Shown here: one piece after another, positions 1-13,385 of the stretch | Numbering within the stretch: the stretch's first letter is position 1 | Layout of the letters: each line of letters starts with the position of its first letter | NCBI GenBank assembly: GCA_963575745.1 | Contig: CAUYUJ010000127.1 | Coordinates: 62,001 to 117,904, forward strand | Reading direction: 5' to 3' | Length of the DNA: 55,904 bases | DNA from: Prorocentrum cordatum | Lineage: Eukaryota | The notes under the pieces: generated by a model | Databases searched by the model: none | What the model was told of the DNA's origin: nothing | The model's input: the letters and a program-made list of their open reading frames with translations, nothing else | Program-made: the position numbers and the translations under genes

Positions 1-939
1 GACGCCCGCGCACGGTCCAGGTGTTGGCGCAGCCTGCATGTTGCGTCGGTGTTGTTGCAAAGGATGGCGGGGGGGTGGCATTGGCTGGGGTTTGTCGCCG
101 GTCGGGTGGGAGAGGGGTGTGCATAGTTCTACGAAGCAGTGATAAAGCTACCCCCGCCGAAGCACGGCCGTCTCGCTCACTCCCACCCGCCCTACCACCA
201 CACAATCAGCACTCCCTCGTGCTCTCCTCCTCCCTCTCTTGCCTCCTTGCTTCGCTTCTGTGGCTCTCGCCATTCCTCCGCCCCCCCTGCTCTTGGACTG
301 TGCCGGGCTGGCCTGGCGCTCCATGGCAAGCTCGGGCTCAGGGCTGGGTTCCCCTCCTCGCTCCGAGGGGTGGCGCGCGGAACAAGAGCTACGTTTTCCT
401 TTCGGCTCACGGTGTGTGGGTCCTTCGAATCTCGGCGTCCGCCCGTTGCGGTGCCCGCGCCCAAAAAAACAAAAACAGCACTCGAGTCTCAGTATGGGCA
501 GGGGCCGCTATCGACCATGGTCGGGGACCGCTGTGGACGCCAGCCAGGTGCGCGATGCCCGCGAAGTGCGCCGCGCTTGCCGGGGCACCCCCACCGTCCC
601 CGTCATGTAGCAGTGCTGGGTGACGGCGGGGCGCTGGCGCAGGATCAGTGCCAGCAGGGTCGTATTGTGTCGTGGAGGACGACCAATGGAGAGGAAGCGT
701 GTTGCCAAATTATTCCCAGATGTCTAGACAAAATCTTTCAAACATTTTTTAAGGAAAAACATGCAAAGCAAACATGTTTGAAACATGTTTAGAACATGCT
801 TTACACATGTTAACACATTTGGTAATTCGATGATAGGAGGGATAGAGTGTCCATTGTCATGGCATCCACAAGTATTGTATTGTTTGCTGTCAGGGATGAT
901 GGGGCTGTGCGCAGCAGGACATATGCTGACACCCGCTTC

Positions 940-1573
940 GATTTCTCGTGCGAAAAAGAACATGCAATGTACTCGGTCGGTGCGACTGATCCATAGTTTG
1001 TCGCAACGAGCCCTCGGTATTATTTTTGTTGGGCAGGGGCGGTGGGGTGGTAATATTGTGGTTCCAGGTTCGCCCCCCTGTTTGGTGGGGGAGCGGGCGT
1101 ATATGAATAAGGAAGAAGCCTTTCCCCGAAGCGGAAGAAGGGTGTTGGCAGCGTCAGCACCCTTGACCACCTGCGCCCAGAGTGCTGGTATGATCTCGAC
1201 ATCCACGCTTCTTTCAAAGCGGGCCCGCGGGATTAGTCAGCGCTGGTGTGCTGTTGACTACCAGATGCATCTTGTTCTGAGAATAGTGCCGTCGGGGAAG
1301 GGCTCTGAGCGTGAGGCTTGGTCTGTCGTGCGAAGGTGCTCGGCAGTGCTCCCCCAGAGGGATGGAGACAACGGTCGCCTTACTATAACCAGTAGCACCG
1401 CAGTTAACGAGCACGAGGACGAGGGACCCATAGGTGTTCCAGGAACAAGTTCGAATTCATCTGGTCTTGACGCGTACGAAGAAGACGAGCAAATGGGACA
1501 TCATGAGGAAAATAGGACGAAGCTGCGTGTCATGCCAAGGGGAAACGCGCGACACTATCCTGCGAGAGGGTGA
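940..1573 (+). pseudogene. Degenerate APE (EEP) endonuclease remnant of a non-LTR retrotransposon
   Basis: ORF 785..1573 shows decayed, correctly ordered APE-like motifs: KKNMQC (WNV-like), GIIFVGQGRW (IxxQExRW-like), IVPSGKGSEREAW (YAP...ERExF-like), GDNGRL (GDFNAR-like), PIGVPG and ENRTKL. Catalytic residues are largely lost. Recognised by eye. Confidence 0.5.
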
Positions 1574-1874
1574 CACCCAAGCATCCTGCGACTTGGGCTT
1601 ATCAAGACGCCCCCCCCCCCGAGGGCTAGACTCGTTCGCACGACCAGCTCTTCATCCTGAGTCGTTGTCTGCCTGCCTCGGAGGCTGGCGGAGGGCCCCC
1701 CAGAGGCTGGACACGGCGACAAGCTTCTGCTTCTCGAGACGTGGAAGGTCGGGGAGGAGCGACCACGTGAGGGTGACAGCAGGGAAGGCAGGAAAGACGC
1801 CAAGCAGGGAGGGGCAGGCTCAGGAGCTCCCCCGGCGCTGCCGCCGCACAGCCTCGCCTGGGGGCGCGGACGCT

Positions 1875-2420
1875 CCCCCCCCCCCCCTCCCTCCCTTCCC
1901 CCTTCCGCCCTCCCTCCTCCAGCCCTCCCTCCCTCCCTCCCTCCCTCCCTCCTCCCTCCCTCCTCTCTCCTCCTCCCTCCTCCTCCAGCCCTCCCTCCCT
2001 CCCTCCCTCCCTCCCTCCTCTCTCCTCCTCCCGCCCTCCTCCTCCAGCCCTCCCTCCCTCCCTCCCTCCTCTCTCCTCCTCCCCATCTCGTCGCGGCCAC
2101 TTCGGCCCGACGTTCGAGCCGCAGCCGCAGCCGTGCTGCCCCCCCCTCTCTCCTGGCACGCGCCTCGCGCCTCGGGCCGCAGCGCGGCCTCCCGCCGGGG
2201 GCGAGAGGCCGCGCTGCCGAGGCCTCGGCGCGAGCGGCGGCGGGCTGCTCTCGCGTTCGGGGAGGAGGAGGAGGAGGAGGAGGGGAGGGGAGGAGGAGGA
2301 GGAGGAGGAGAGAGAGGATGGAGGAGGGGGAGGAGGAGGAGGAGGGGAGGAGGAGGAGGAGGAGGAGGAGGAGGAAGGAGGAGGAGGAGGAGGAGGCGGA
2401 GAGGAGGAGGAAGGAGGAGA
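1875..2420. repeat. (TCCC/TCC)n tract and complementary (GGA)n tract flanking a GC-rich island
   Basis: Pyrimidine run ~1875-2085 and purine run ~2260-2420 are seen directly. Confidence 0.9.
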
Positions 2421-2779
2421 GGGCGACAGGGCGGTGCTGCGGCGCCCGCGGGGCCGGTGCCGCCGCGGTGGCTGCGACGCCGCCCGCCCCCCCCCCCCTG
2501 GGTGGCCAGGTGCTGCGCCGCGTCGGCTCCCCGCCGGCCAGGGCCCCCGCCGCCCGCCCCCGCAGCGCCTGCCGCCAGGCGACCAGCCGAAGGGCGGGAC
2601 GCGGTGCGGGCTGCCGCCGCTTCTCTCCTCCCCTCTTGCGCCTGTGGTTCCACCTCTTCCCCCGCCGCACGTGAGCAGCTTCTTTGCCCCCCAGCAGCGG
2701 TGCCGCTGCTTCGGACGCCCGCTCCCGTGTCCTGCCGCCCAGTGGCATCGACCTCGGGGGCCGCACGGCCAAGGCCTCC

Positions 2780-3960
2780 CGTGCGGAGTGTTCGCCCGCT
2801 GCACTTCGTCGTAACTGTTGGAGGCGATTGGTATCTGACGCTGACAAGGCTGGCGTTGCCCGTGCGGACCAGAACTTTGTTGACGCTCCCCTTTCTGCCT
2901 CGATAGGACGCCCCCTTCTCGGCTCCGCTGGTGGGGCCGCGCTCTCCTGGGAGGTTGTTGCCAAAGGGTCGCGCTCTGAACGTTGCATCGGCAGACAGTT
3001 CCGACAGCAGGCATGCGAGCTCTGGCGATGAGTTTCGCCAGTGCATTGCTTCTCTGCCTCTCTCTGCTCCTGTCCGAATGGGCCACCCCCAGTCGCGTTC
3101 CAGACCCCCTCGGTCTACGAGCGAAGCCGGTGTTCGTGCCGTCGAAGCTGGCACAGCTGAGATGGACCAAGATCAGATAGACATGCAGGCAGTTCAGGCC
3201 AGTAGCTGCGCCGATGCACCGCTCCGTCGTTCTGTCGAGGAGCGCAAGGCCTCTTCCGCGCTAGGAGAAGGAGGATCTTTTCTGTCTGATGAGCACGCTT
3301 CCAATGTTAAGACTCACTTGGCCCAACAGGACGGGAACGCCAACGCACATCTCCAGGCCGGATTGGCCAGACTTGTTTACGCGAGCGCTGTGAAATTCGA
3401 CACGTTGCCAGAGCATGAGAGGCCTCCTGCGCCAGTGCGCGTTGCTTCCCAGGCCCCAGCTCTGCAGCCACAGCGGAACGAGAGGGGGAGTTTTGATCGT
3501 GCAGCCCCCTACTTGCAAAACGTGCAAGACAAGCATTTGGCCCATCACGAGCGTGAGCCGTGTGCGGTTCCATTGTTTCCGTTGCGTTCCCCAGGCGCCA
3601 CCTACGTGCCGCTATAGCGGTCTCAACGCAAATGACGGACGCTGACGCAGTGCCAAAATGCGCAGGGTTGGTAAAGTTCAGGTCCCGTGCTGCGCTCGTT
3701 GCACCGGGGACTCTCCTCCAGATGCGACGGACGCGCTGCTCTCTTGGCTTGCCCGCAGAACCCAGGAGCTCCCCGACATCTTTCCAGAGCCTGCCAGCTT
3801 AGACCGTTGACCAGTGGTGCGTTGCGCAAGTACCTCGCATATTTGACGCGAAGTTTTGGCCCTGTATCTGCAGTGGTGAAGTGCGTTGTTTGTAGGTCTG
3901 TCCAGGTTCTCTGCTCGGTGGCTGTCCTCTCTTAGCGCCTAATCAGCGCTAATCGCTCTG
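2780..3960 (+). pseudogene. Degenerate LINE ORF2 remnant (late RT, thumb, C-terminal zinc-finger-like region)
   Basis: Ordered decayed motifs across frames: ADQNFVDAP (YADD-region-like), GRALNVAS (GLxLN-like), RKASSALG..FLSD, LARLVYASAV (SRLLYG-like), then ACQLRPLTSGALRKYL and KCVVC (zinc-finger-like). Confidence 0.4.
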
Positions 3961-4840
3961 GCTTTGTTGCTCTGATGGTTGAGGCCTTCAGCCAGTATTT
4001 GTCGGAGCCTCCCATTCAATCAGGCAATGCCGTCGTCAGTACTCAGCTGCGCACATGCCTGTTGCAGTACTTGTTTTGTGTTTTTTGTGTGTTGGATGTT
4101 GTGCCTCTGGTACCCTTTGCTTCAGAGGCTGTGTTGCCCACGGAGCATCTCGCCTGCGCAGGCTGCAGTCCTTTCGGTACCCAGCATCCCGCAGTCTCTC
4201 ATACACTTGTCAGCATGTGCTCCGCTCAGTATTCGGCTGTGCGCCTGCGTCGATCGCAGGTTGAAGGTTTCCCTGTTGTGGGTCGCCCCCAGTCGCCTCT
4301 CCGTCTCTGCCGCCTGGCTTCGCTCTTCGGTTGCTTATCCGCGGCATTCCCCATTCGGTGGCTTTCAGGGCAGTGCCGCCGGCGCAGCAATTCGTGAGAG
4401 CACTGTCTCAGTACGGAGTATCAGCCCAGCGGGCCGCTCCACGTGGTCTGGCGCGCCATTTTGGCCAGCGTCCGCGCAGTCTGTTCATCCGCAGGTGCTT
4501 GTCTGGCCTTGCCTGTTCCTGCCTTCCGCGGTCTCCCCGCGGGCCCACGTCCCCCCTTGTATGCCTGCGCTTCTGGCAGATTCGAACGGGCTTTGGCGCC
4601 TGGCTTTTGTACTGACGGCCCCTCTGGCGTGTCGGCACTTGCACGTGGCCCTCTCTCTTTGTGGGCCGCCCCCAGTCGCCCTTCGCCTGTGGTTGCTGGT
4701 TCTCTCCCCCGCCAGAGGTCCGGACCCTGGTCACGAGAAGGCCGTCCTGAGCACTCGCGCGGGTTCTTCCCGCGTGCTTCGTTTTCGGCGCCTGCCGCCA
4801 CCTCCACACCTTCCTGAGGCCTCAATGGTGCCTACAATCG

Positions 4841-5004
4841 GGCCGCTGAAGAAAGAACCCTTCTCGTTCGGGAGGGGCTCCGTGTTCCTTAAGTGTTTCA
4901 CAGCTTGCCTCAGGTTTTCCTTATGTTTCCGACGGGAAATCGAAGTTTAACCCATGGAAAAAAAGAGGCCTCGTTCCTTTTTTGGGGTTCCTTAGGTCAA
5001 CGCC
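4841..5004. mobile_element. ~165-bp MITE-like element, family C, copy 1
   Basis: Imperfect TIRs (GGCCGCTGAAGAAAGAACCC ... GGGGTTCCTTAGGTCAACGCC); homologous to 19805-19978. Confidence 0.55.
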
Positions 5005-5204
5005 CCGACTGTAGTACTCACGTGCCCACTGCCTCTGTGGTTTCTGCCCTCGGCGCCTCTGCAGTCTGCGCATGGACTCCCGCCCACAGTTCCCACTCTT
5101 GTTGCGTTGTCCTGGCGGCGGCACAAGTGGCGGCCCTCGTGGCTCCAGCGCCGCCCGCCGCCGCACATCGAGCACGCACGTAGCGAAGCCGCGCGTCGCA
5201 TCAT

Positions 5205-6760
5205 CAACCTCCTCCTCCTCCTCCTCCTCCTCCTCCTCCTCCTCCTTCTCCACGTCATGCCCCGTGGTTGTCCTCATCGTCGTCATCTTTCCCGCCTCCT
5301 TCGCACCCCCCATTAATCCTCCTCCTTTTCCTCCTCCTCCTCCTCCTCCTCCTCCTCCTCCCTCCTCCCTCCTCCCTTGCACACCCGATCAAAACACTCA
5401 ACAATCCTCCATCCTCTCTCCCCTCCTCTCCTCCTCCTCCTCTCCTCCTCTCCTTCCCTCCTCACCTCCTCCCTCCTCCTCTCCTCCTCCTCCCCCTCCT
5501 CCTCCTCCTCTTACTCCTCCTTCTCCTCCTCTCTCTCCTCCTCCTCCTCCTCCTCCTCCTCCTCCCCTCATCCTCCTCCTCATCCTCCCCGCCTCCTCCC
5601 CCTCCGCTCTCCCCCCTGCCTCCCCTCCTCCCCCTCCTCCCCCCCTCCTCCCCCTCCCCCCCCGTCCCCTTCCTCCTCCCCCTCCTCCTCTCCTCCGCCC
5701 CCCCTCTTCCCTGCTCCTCCCCCTCCCCCTCCTGCTCCCCCCTCCGCCGACGATGCTCGACCCGGAGTGGCCGCTCCCCTGGCCTCCGCCGCGCCTGTCG
5801 CCGGCCCTCGGCGGCCCTCTGGCGCCCTCAGGCGGGAGGAGGAGGGTGGGGGAGGGGGAAGGGGGGCAGGGGAAGGAGTGGAGGAGGAGGAGGAGGAGGA
5901 GGAGGAGGAGGAGGAGGAGGAGGAGGAGGAGGAGGAGATCGAGGAGGAGGAGATCGAGGAGGAGGAGGAGGAGAGGGAGAGGAGAGGAGGGAGGCGGAGG
6001 CGGAGGGGTGAGGGGGAGGGGAGGGGGAGGGGGAAGGAGGAGGGAGAGGATGAGGGGGAGGAAGGGGGAGGATGAGGGTGCGGGGGGAAAAAGGGAGGAG
6101 GAGGAGGAGGAGGCGGGGAGGAGGAGGAGGAGGAGAAAGAGGAATAGGAGGAGGAGGAGGAGGAGGAGGAGAGGAGAGGAGCAGGAGCAGGAGCAGGAGG
6201 AGCAGGATGAGCAGGACGGTGCTTTTGGAAGAGACAAACTGAAAAAGGAGGGTCAGACGGCGGAGGTGGGGAAAGAGGGGTAGAGGAGGCGGAGGAGGAG
6301 GAGGAGAGGAGAGGAGCTAGAGGAGGAAGAGGAGGAAGAGAAGGAGAAGAGGAGAAGAGAAGGAGGCCGAGGAGGAGGCGGAGGAAGAGGAGGAGGAGGT
6401 GGAGGAGGAAGGAGGAGAAGGGAGGGAATAGGAGGAGGAGGAGGAAGAGGAGGAGGAGGAGGAGGAGAAGGAGCAGGAGGCGGAGCAGGATGAGCAGGAT
6501 GGTGCTTTTGGAAGAGACACACTGAAAAGGAGGGTCAGAAGGCGGAGGTGGGGAAAGAGGGGTAGAGGGAGGCGGAGGAGGAGGAGGAGGAGGAGGAGGA
6601 GGAGAAGGAGGAGGAAGAGGAGCTAGAGGAGGAAGAGGAGGAAGAGAAGGAGGAAGAGGAGGAAGAGGAGGAATAGGAGGAGGAGGAGGAGGAGGAAGAG
6701 GAAGAGGAGCTAGAGGAGGAAGAGGAGGAGCAGGAGAAGGAGGAGGAGGAGGAGGAGGAC
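5205..6760. repeat. (TCC)n then (GGA)n low-complexity tracts around a ~90-bp GC island; includes a duplicated ~110-bp motif
   Basis: The motif GCAGGATGAGCAGGAYGGTGCTTTTGGAAGAGACA... occurs at ~6200 and ~6485, with a diverged copy at ~7700. Confidence 0.9.
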
Positions 6761-7520
6761 TGGTGTAAACCCGAGAGTCATCAACGATGTTGAAGTACAC
6801 CCTCCCTCCAAGCTCCCTCTTCATGGGCCCCTACAACGGTTCATTCCCGTTGATGGAACTGCCTCGTTGGAAGACACCCGTTTGTAGATGCTGAAGCAGG
6901 CCGAAACATTGTGATTTGGATTCCAACGCCACGGATCAACCTGACTGTTGCGTCTTGACGATCTTGAGTCGTGCCATAACGCCATTCCTAGGACTTCAAC
7001 ATGGAAAATCCAGGTAATTGTTGCACCCGCATAATCCTGAATCCTTCCAAAACGCAATTTCTGGTACGTTGCTGATGAGAACCCGTGAAATGTTTTTGCA
7101 AATGTTGTAAACGAATGTACGCCGCGCTAAAGCGATAAGTCCATGTTGCAAGGTGCCGCCCTCAATCCGTGAAGCTCTTGCATTCTTTTTAAACGAAGGT
7201 GCGCCGAGCTAATGCGAGAGCCACATTTTGAAAAGGAGCCGCCCTCAATATGTGAACCTTTCGCATGTTAGTACAACGAGTTTGCGCCGCGCTAAGGCGA
7301 GAGCCACGTTTTGAAAACCACCCGCCCTCAATCCGCGAAACTCCTGCAATTCTTTAAAACGAATGCGCGCCGCGCTAAGGCGAGAGCCGCATGTTGAAAT
7401 CTACTCGCCCTCCATCCGCGAAGCTCTTGCACTTTGTTTAAGCGAATGTGCGCCGTGCTAAGGCGAGAGCCACATGTTGAAGACGACCCGCCCTCCATTT
7501 GTGAATCTGTTGCCAATTTT
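6761..7520 (+). repeat. Composite dispersed repeat, copy A: head, ~70-bp subrepeats, then ~5 x 83-bp degenerate tandem units
   Basis: GCCG(C/A/T)GCTAA..CGA recurs near 7121, 7203, 7286, 7369 and 7453. The head (GTGTAAAC...CGATGTTG...TCCCTCTTCAT.GGCCC...TTGGAAGACA) matches 10751 onward. Confidence 0.8.
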
Positions 7521-8022
7521 AAGCTTCAGAGTCATAACTGGTGAGGATGTCTCAGGTGAAACGCCCAGCCCACCCTAAAAACTGGCCTCGGAGTGCGACA
7601 GGGAGGAAGTACTTCTAAGGAAAAGGAATTGAGGAAGAGGAGGAGGAGGAGGAGAAGCAGGAGGAGGAGGGGAGGAGCAGGAACAGTAGCAGGAGCAGAA
7701 GGAGGAGCATGAGGCTGCTTTTGAAAGAGACGCCGAAAGAAGGGGGCGAGAAGGCGGAGGAACGGAAAGAGGGGTAGAGGGAGGAGGGGGGGAAGGAGTA
7801 AGAGGAGGAGGAGGAAGAGGAGCAGGCGGAGCTGGAGGAGGAGGAGGAGGAGGAGGAGGAGGAGGAGGAGGTTGAGGAGGAGGAGGAGGAGGAGGAAGTG
7901 GGATTCTGGAAGAGAAGACGGAAGAAGGGGGCGAGAAGGGGGAGGGGGGGGGGAAAGAGGGGTTGAGGGGGAGAAACTCCCCCCGGCTCCGGTATGTTCC
8001 CAGCTGAGGAAGATGCCGCAAT

Positions 8023-8075
8023 GCCCTTCTGCTGGCTCTTCCTCCCCTGAGGGGAGGAAGAGCCAGCAGGAGGGC
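8023..8075. repeat. 25-bp stem hairpin with a 3-nt loop
   Basis: GCCCTTCTGCTGGCTCTTCCTCCCC-TGA-GGGGAGGAAGAGCCAGCAGGAGGGC; one T.G mismatch. Confidence 0.9.
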
Positions 8076-8134
8076 TCGGCCTCCACGGCCTCACATCGGC
8101 AGGCGGTAGTTCGATGGCGTTGGCCCTCGGGCCG

Positions 8135-8500
8135 TCAGCTGGTTGCGACCTCGCCGCCGTCATCCAGCTTGCCCGGCTTCGGAGATCCGCCAGTGTCAGG
8201 ACCGAGCATGGCTGCCGAAGCGCCCTGCCCAATGTCTGCAGCGCGAACATTGGGGAGACGGCTATCGGCGAGGCCTCTTTGCGACCATAGTGGCCCAGGA
8301 GCAACCGTCTCGATGGGAGGGGGCACGGGCGGGGAGGGACCGGACGAAGGGACTGGACGATGCCTCGGACCGGCGTCAAGCGTCCGACGCAGAGATTTGA
8401 AGAGCACGGTGCCGAATCGAACGCTGTGGTACAACCATTCAGCGACCTAGTAATGACTTCGTGCAGTGTACCAATCGACGCATGCCGGTGGAGTGATGGG
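8135..8500 (-). pseudogene. Degenerate RTE-like reverse transcriptase fragment (domains 4-5)
   Basis: HSVRFGTVLFKSLRRTLD (GVRQGxVLSP-like) is followed by WSQRGLADSRLPNVRAADIG (RLxNLRFADD-like); the catalytic DD is decayed. Confidence 0.5.
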
Positions 8501-8584
8501 TGTCCAGTTACAGGTTTTGCTGTGGTAGGGTCAGGCTTCGCTTCAGGTGGCAATTAGCAAGTAGGGCTGGCTAGAGCCTCCACC

Positions 8585-8790
8585 GAGAGAGACTGAGAGC
8601 GAGAGAGTGACATATTTATATTTACACACATAGATATAGAGAGAGAGAGAGAGAGAAAGAAAATTAAAGAGAGGGAGGGAGAGAGAGAGAGAGAGACAAA
8701 AATAATGAGAGAGAGAGAAGGACAGATACATATTGAGAAATAAAGAGCGAGAGAGAGAGAGACTGAGTGTGAAAGAAAAACGGAGGGAGG
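8585..8790. repeat. (GA)n-rich microsatellite
   Basis: Seen directly. Confidence 0.9.
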
Positions 8791-9127
8791 TAGGGAGGGA
8801 GAGCAGATGAGGAAAAGGAAGTGCAGGAGGAGGAGGAGAAGGCAGGATGATGAGGAGGAGCAGGAGGAGGAGGAGGAGGAAGCAGATGAGGGGAGGCGCA
8901 GGAGGAGGAGGAAGGAGGAGGAGGAGGAGAGGATGAGGACGGAGGAGGAGGAGGAGGAGGAGGAGGAGGAGGAGGGAGGAGAACGCAAAGCGCCTTTCGC
9001 CGGAGCCCTCAGGCGGGCCAGCGCTCCAAGGCCTGCTGCCGGACGGCAGGATCGGAGAGGGATTGAGGGAATGAGGGATTGGTAGGGAGAGTAGTGCATG
9101 ACAGGAGGGAGAGAGGCAGGAATGGAG

Positions 9128-10232
<1,105 letters not shown>

Positions 10233-10646
10233 GAGGAGGAGGAGGAGGAGGAGGAGGAGGAGGATTAGGACGAGGGTGCCGATGATGCTGGTGTGGATGA
10301 CAACTGGAGACGAAGATGAGGTTGAAGAGGAGTTTAATGGGGGAGAGGATAATGAGGAGGGAGGAGAGATTGGAATGGTCATTTCAGGCGGCAGCGACAA
10401 ACCAAGCCAGCATGAACGTGCAACGGAATGCGGCCCGAATCCCCCCATGCCAGCCTGTACTATCTCACACGCAGCGCAGGTCGAATGCCAGAGCGGGCTT
10501 TGGCCGACACGCGCTTACGAGACAGGAGGGAGGGAGGATGAGGAGGGAGGAAGGTCAGGAGGAGAAGGAGTAGGATCGGAAGGCGGAGGAGCAACGAGGC
10601 AGAGGAGGAATAGGGAGGAGGGAGGAGGGAGGGAGGGTGGAAGCGA

Positions 10647-10680
<34 letters not shown>

Positions 10681-10750
10681 GGAGGAGGAGGAGGAGGAGG
10701 AGGAGGAGGAGGGTGTAGCAGGCGGGGTTTGAAGGAAGAGGAGGATGACC

Positions 10751-11172
10751 AGTGTAAACATCTGGCGTGTTAGCGATGTTGCAAGAAACCCTCACTCCAG
10801 GTTCCCTCTTCATAGGGCCCGACACGAGTTCCATTTCGGGAAATACCCCATTGGAAGACATCCGTCTGATGTTCGTTAGTCATACCCAAACGCCATTCCT
10901 GGGACTTCAGCGTCGCGAGTCCACATGGCTGCTGCGTCCTGGCAATCCTAAATCGTGCCAGAACACCATTCCTGGGACTTCAACACCGTGAACCAACCTG
11001 ATTGCTGCGCCCTGGCAATCCTCAAGCTTGCCAGCGCACCGTTCCTGGGACTCCGACCATACGAGTCCTTGACACTGTTGTAAACTGTCAGGCCGGTGTG
11101 CGTGGCGCGCAGGCGAGAACCACATGTTGGAAAAGGAGACGCCCTCCACCCGTGCAGCTGCTGCTGATTTCA
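10751..11172 (+). repeat. Composite dispersed repeat, copy B (3 x ~70-bp subrepeats and a single 83-bp-type unit)
   Basis: CCATTCCTGGGACTTCA-like motif occurs three times; GGCGAGAACCACATGTTGGAAAAGGAGACGCCCTCCA matches the 83-bp unit of copy A. Confidence 0.75.
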
Positions 11173-11512
11173 ACCTTCGGGGTCGACAGCGGTGCGGACG
11201 TCTCGGGCGGATCGCCCGGCCGCCCTACCGACACGTCTGGGGGTGCGGCGGGGTCGACCACACGTAGGAGTGACCCTTCGCCGGAGTGACCTTTGGTGCG
11301 GGCACAGATGGGCCCCCCGATCGCCGAGCGCGATGCGATGGTAGCGCCTTGCGCGCTTGTGGTTGGCCCCCCGCGGCCTTCAAAAAGCCGCGCAACAATG
11401 GTCACTCTTACCCGGGGTCACTCTTGCGTGTAGCCGACGGGGGAAGTAAGAGGGAGGGGAAGGCGAGGCGGAAGAGCACAAGGATGAGAGAGGAAGAACT
11501 GCTTGTCCACAG

Positions 11513-11601
11513 GAGTGGCGCCTCCCCCTGCAGCCGGGAGCTGACCGCCCGCCGGGGCGCCGCCGACGCGGCGGCGGCCCGAGCGTCAGCCAGCCCGCGA
11601 G
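11513..11601 (+). CDS. Candidate short exon upstream of the Sfi1-like exon
   Basis: TCCACAG|G acceptor and CGAG|GCGGG GC-type donor; 89 nt reading SGASPCSRELTARRGAADAAAARASASPR joins in frame to 12325. Confidence 0.35.
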
Positions 11602-12324
11602 GCGGGCAGGAAGAGCGGGAGCAGGTGGCAGGGATGGTCGGGAGGAGGAGGAGGAGGAGGAGGAGGAGGAGGAGGAGGAGGAGGAGGAGGAGGAGGAGGA
11701 GGAGGAGGATGAAGAGGCAGGGGGAGGGAATGGAGAGGCAGGAGGAGTAGGAGGAAGGAGGAGGAGGAGGAGGAGGAGGAGGAGGAGGAGGAGGAGGAGG
11801 AGGAGGAGGAGGAGGAGGAGGAGGAGGGGGGGGGGGGCGACGGGAGGAGGAGGAGGAGGAGGAGGAGGAGGAGGAGGAGGAGGAGGAGGAGGAGGAGGAG
11901 GAGGAGGAGGAGGGGGGAGAGGGGGAAAAAACAAACAGAGGAGGGGGACGGATGAGGAGGAGGAGGAGGAGAGGAGGAGGAGGAGGGAGGAGGAGAGGAG
12001 GAGGAGGAGGGAGGAGGAGAGGGAGGAGGAGGAGAGGAGGAGGAGGAGGAGGAGAAGGAGGAGGAGGAGGAAGAGGAGCAAGTATGAGGAGGAGCAGGAA
12101 GGAGCCCCTCCTCGCCGGAGGCTGGGCCCTCTCCTCCGCGCAGCTCCCCACGCAGCAGGGAGGGTGTGAGGAGCAAGGAGAGGCGCAGCGAGAGGCAGGA
12201 GGAGCCTGGAGGAACAGGGGCGGGAGAGGGCGGAATGAGGTGCTGGCGGAGCAAGGAGCGAGGAGCAAGGAGTCGGGGGAGGGTCCAGGAACGGGGAGCA
12301 GGGAGCGCCCGCGCCCGCCGGCAG

Positions 12325-13385
12325 GGCTGCCGGCGCTCGCGGCGCACTTCCGGGCGGCGAGGACGCGGGCGCGAGTCCTCGGCGCGTGGCGCGCCCACGC
12401 CGCCGAGCGCCTGCCCAAGCGGCGCGCCGAGCACCGGCGGCGGGCCGCCCTGGCGCTGCGCCAGTGGCGCCTGCGGACCTCCTGCCGCGTGTGCGGCGCC
12501 AGGCGCTGCCGGCGCAGCGCGGCGCGCTGGCGCGGCCACCAGCTGCCGCTCCTGCGGGCGGTGGCCGCGCTGGCGCACGCGGCCGCGAGGTGCGCGCTGG
12601 GCCGGTGGCGGCAGCTGCTGGCGGGGCCCCGGCTGCTGCGCGCGCTGTGCTGGGCGGCGCGGCAGGGCCTGGCGGCCTGCCACCGCCGCCGCGCGCTGCT
12701 GCGCCGGTCCCTCGGCGGCCTGTGGCGGAACGTGCTGCTGGAGCGCCCCGCGCGGGCCGCACGGAGGCGCCTCCGCGCGGAGGGCGAGCACGAGGGCGAG
12801 GCGAGCGCGCAGAGCGTGCTGCTGCAGGTGCTGCGGAGGGGCTGGCAGCGGTGGAGGCGGGCGGCCCTGATGGATTTGCCGCGCGCTGAGCTGCTGGAGG
12901 GGCGGCGCCAGGCGGCCGTGCTGCGGCTGCTCCGCGCCCAGCGCCTGAACCAGATCGCGGCGCACCATTACGTTGCCACCCTGCAGAAGCGCAGCCTCGA
13001 CGCCATGCGGCCGCAGGCGCTGCCGTGCGAGGGCCGCACCCCGCCCGGGCCTCTGCCGGCGCCGCGCCGCGACGCCCTGCAGCGGGACCGCGGCGTTTGG
13101 TTGCTGTCCGGGGACGGAGGCCTGCTGGACCGCTCGGCTCACGCCGCCGCGGTGGCTCACGGCCCGACGCCCCCCCCGGGCACGAGCCCGCAGGAGCAGC
13201 CGCGGCCTGCGGGCAGCGGCGCGCTGGCCCGCGGAGGGCGGCGCGTGCAGCAGCGCCACGAGGCGGAGGGGCCGCAGCGCGGCCTGCGGGGCACCTCGGT
13301 GGCGGAGGTGCTGCGCAAGGGCTGGAGGCGCTGGCGCTTCGCCGTGGCCACGGGTCAGCGCGTGGAGGGCGCGGGCGCCGCCCAG
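12325..13385 (+). CDS. Exon encoding Sfi1-like (centrin-binding type) WR repeats; boundaries are inferred
   Basis: Non-repetitive part of ORF 11952..13481, with strong GC3 bias and recurring A-x7-LL/L-x6-W-R units: AAHFRAARTRARVLGAWR, AACHRRRALLRRSLGGLWR, QVLRRGWQRWR, EVLRKGWRRWR. Candidate CAG|G acceptor at 12324/5 and CAG|GC donor at 13385/6. Confidence 0.55.

Noticed and set aside
3810..3935. LRKYLAYL as a tyrosine recombinase N-terminal motif
   Set aside because: No R-H-R-Y catalytic motifs follow; the context fits a decayed LINE C-terminal zinc-finger region better.
4455..4465. GCCATTTTGGC resembling the dinoflagellate spliced leader (also TGGCTACGG near 37506)
   Set aside because: Only 9-11 nt match, the flanks disagree, and there is no convincing downstream retrogene.
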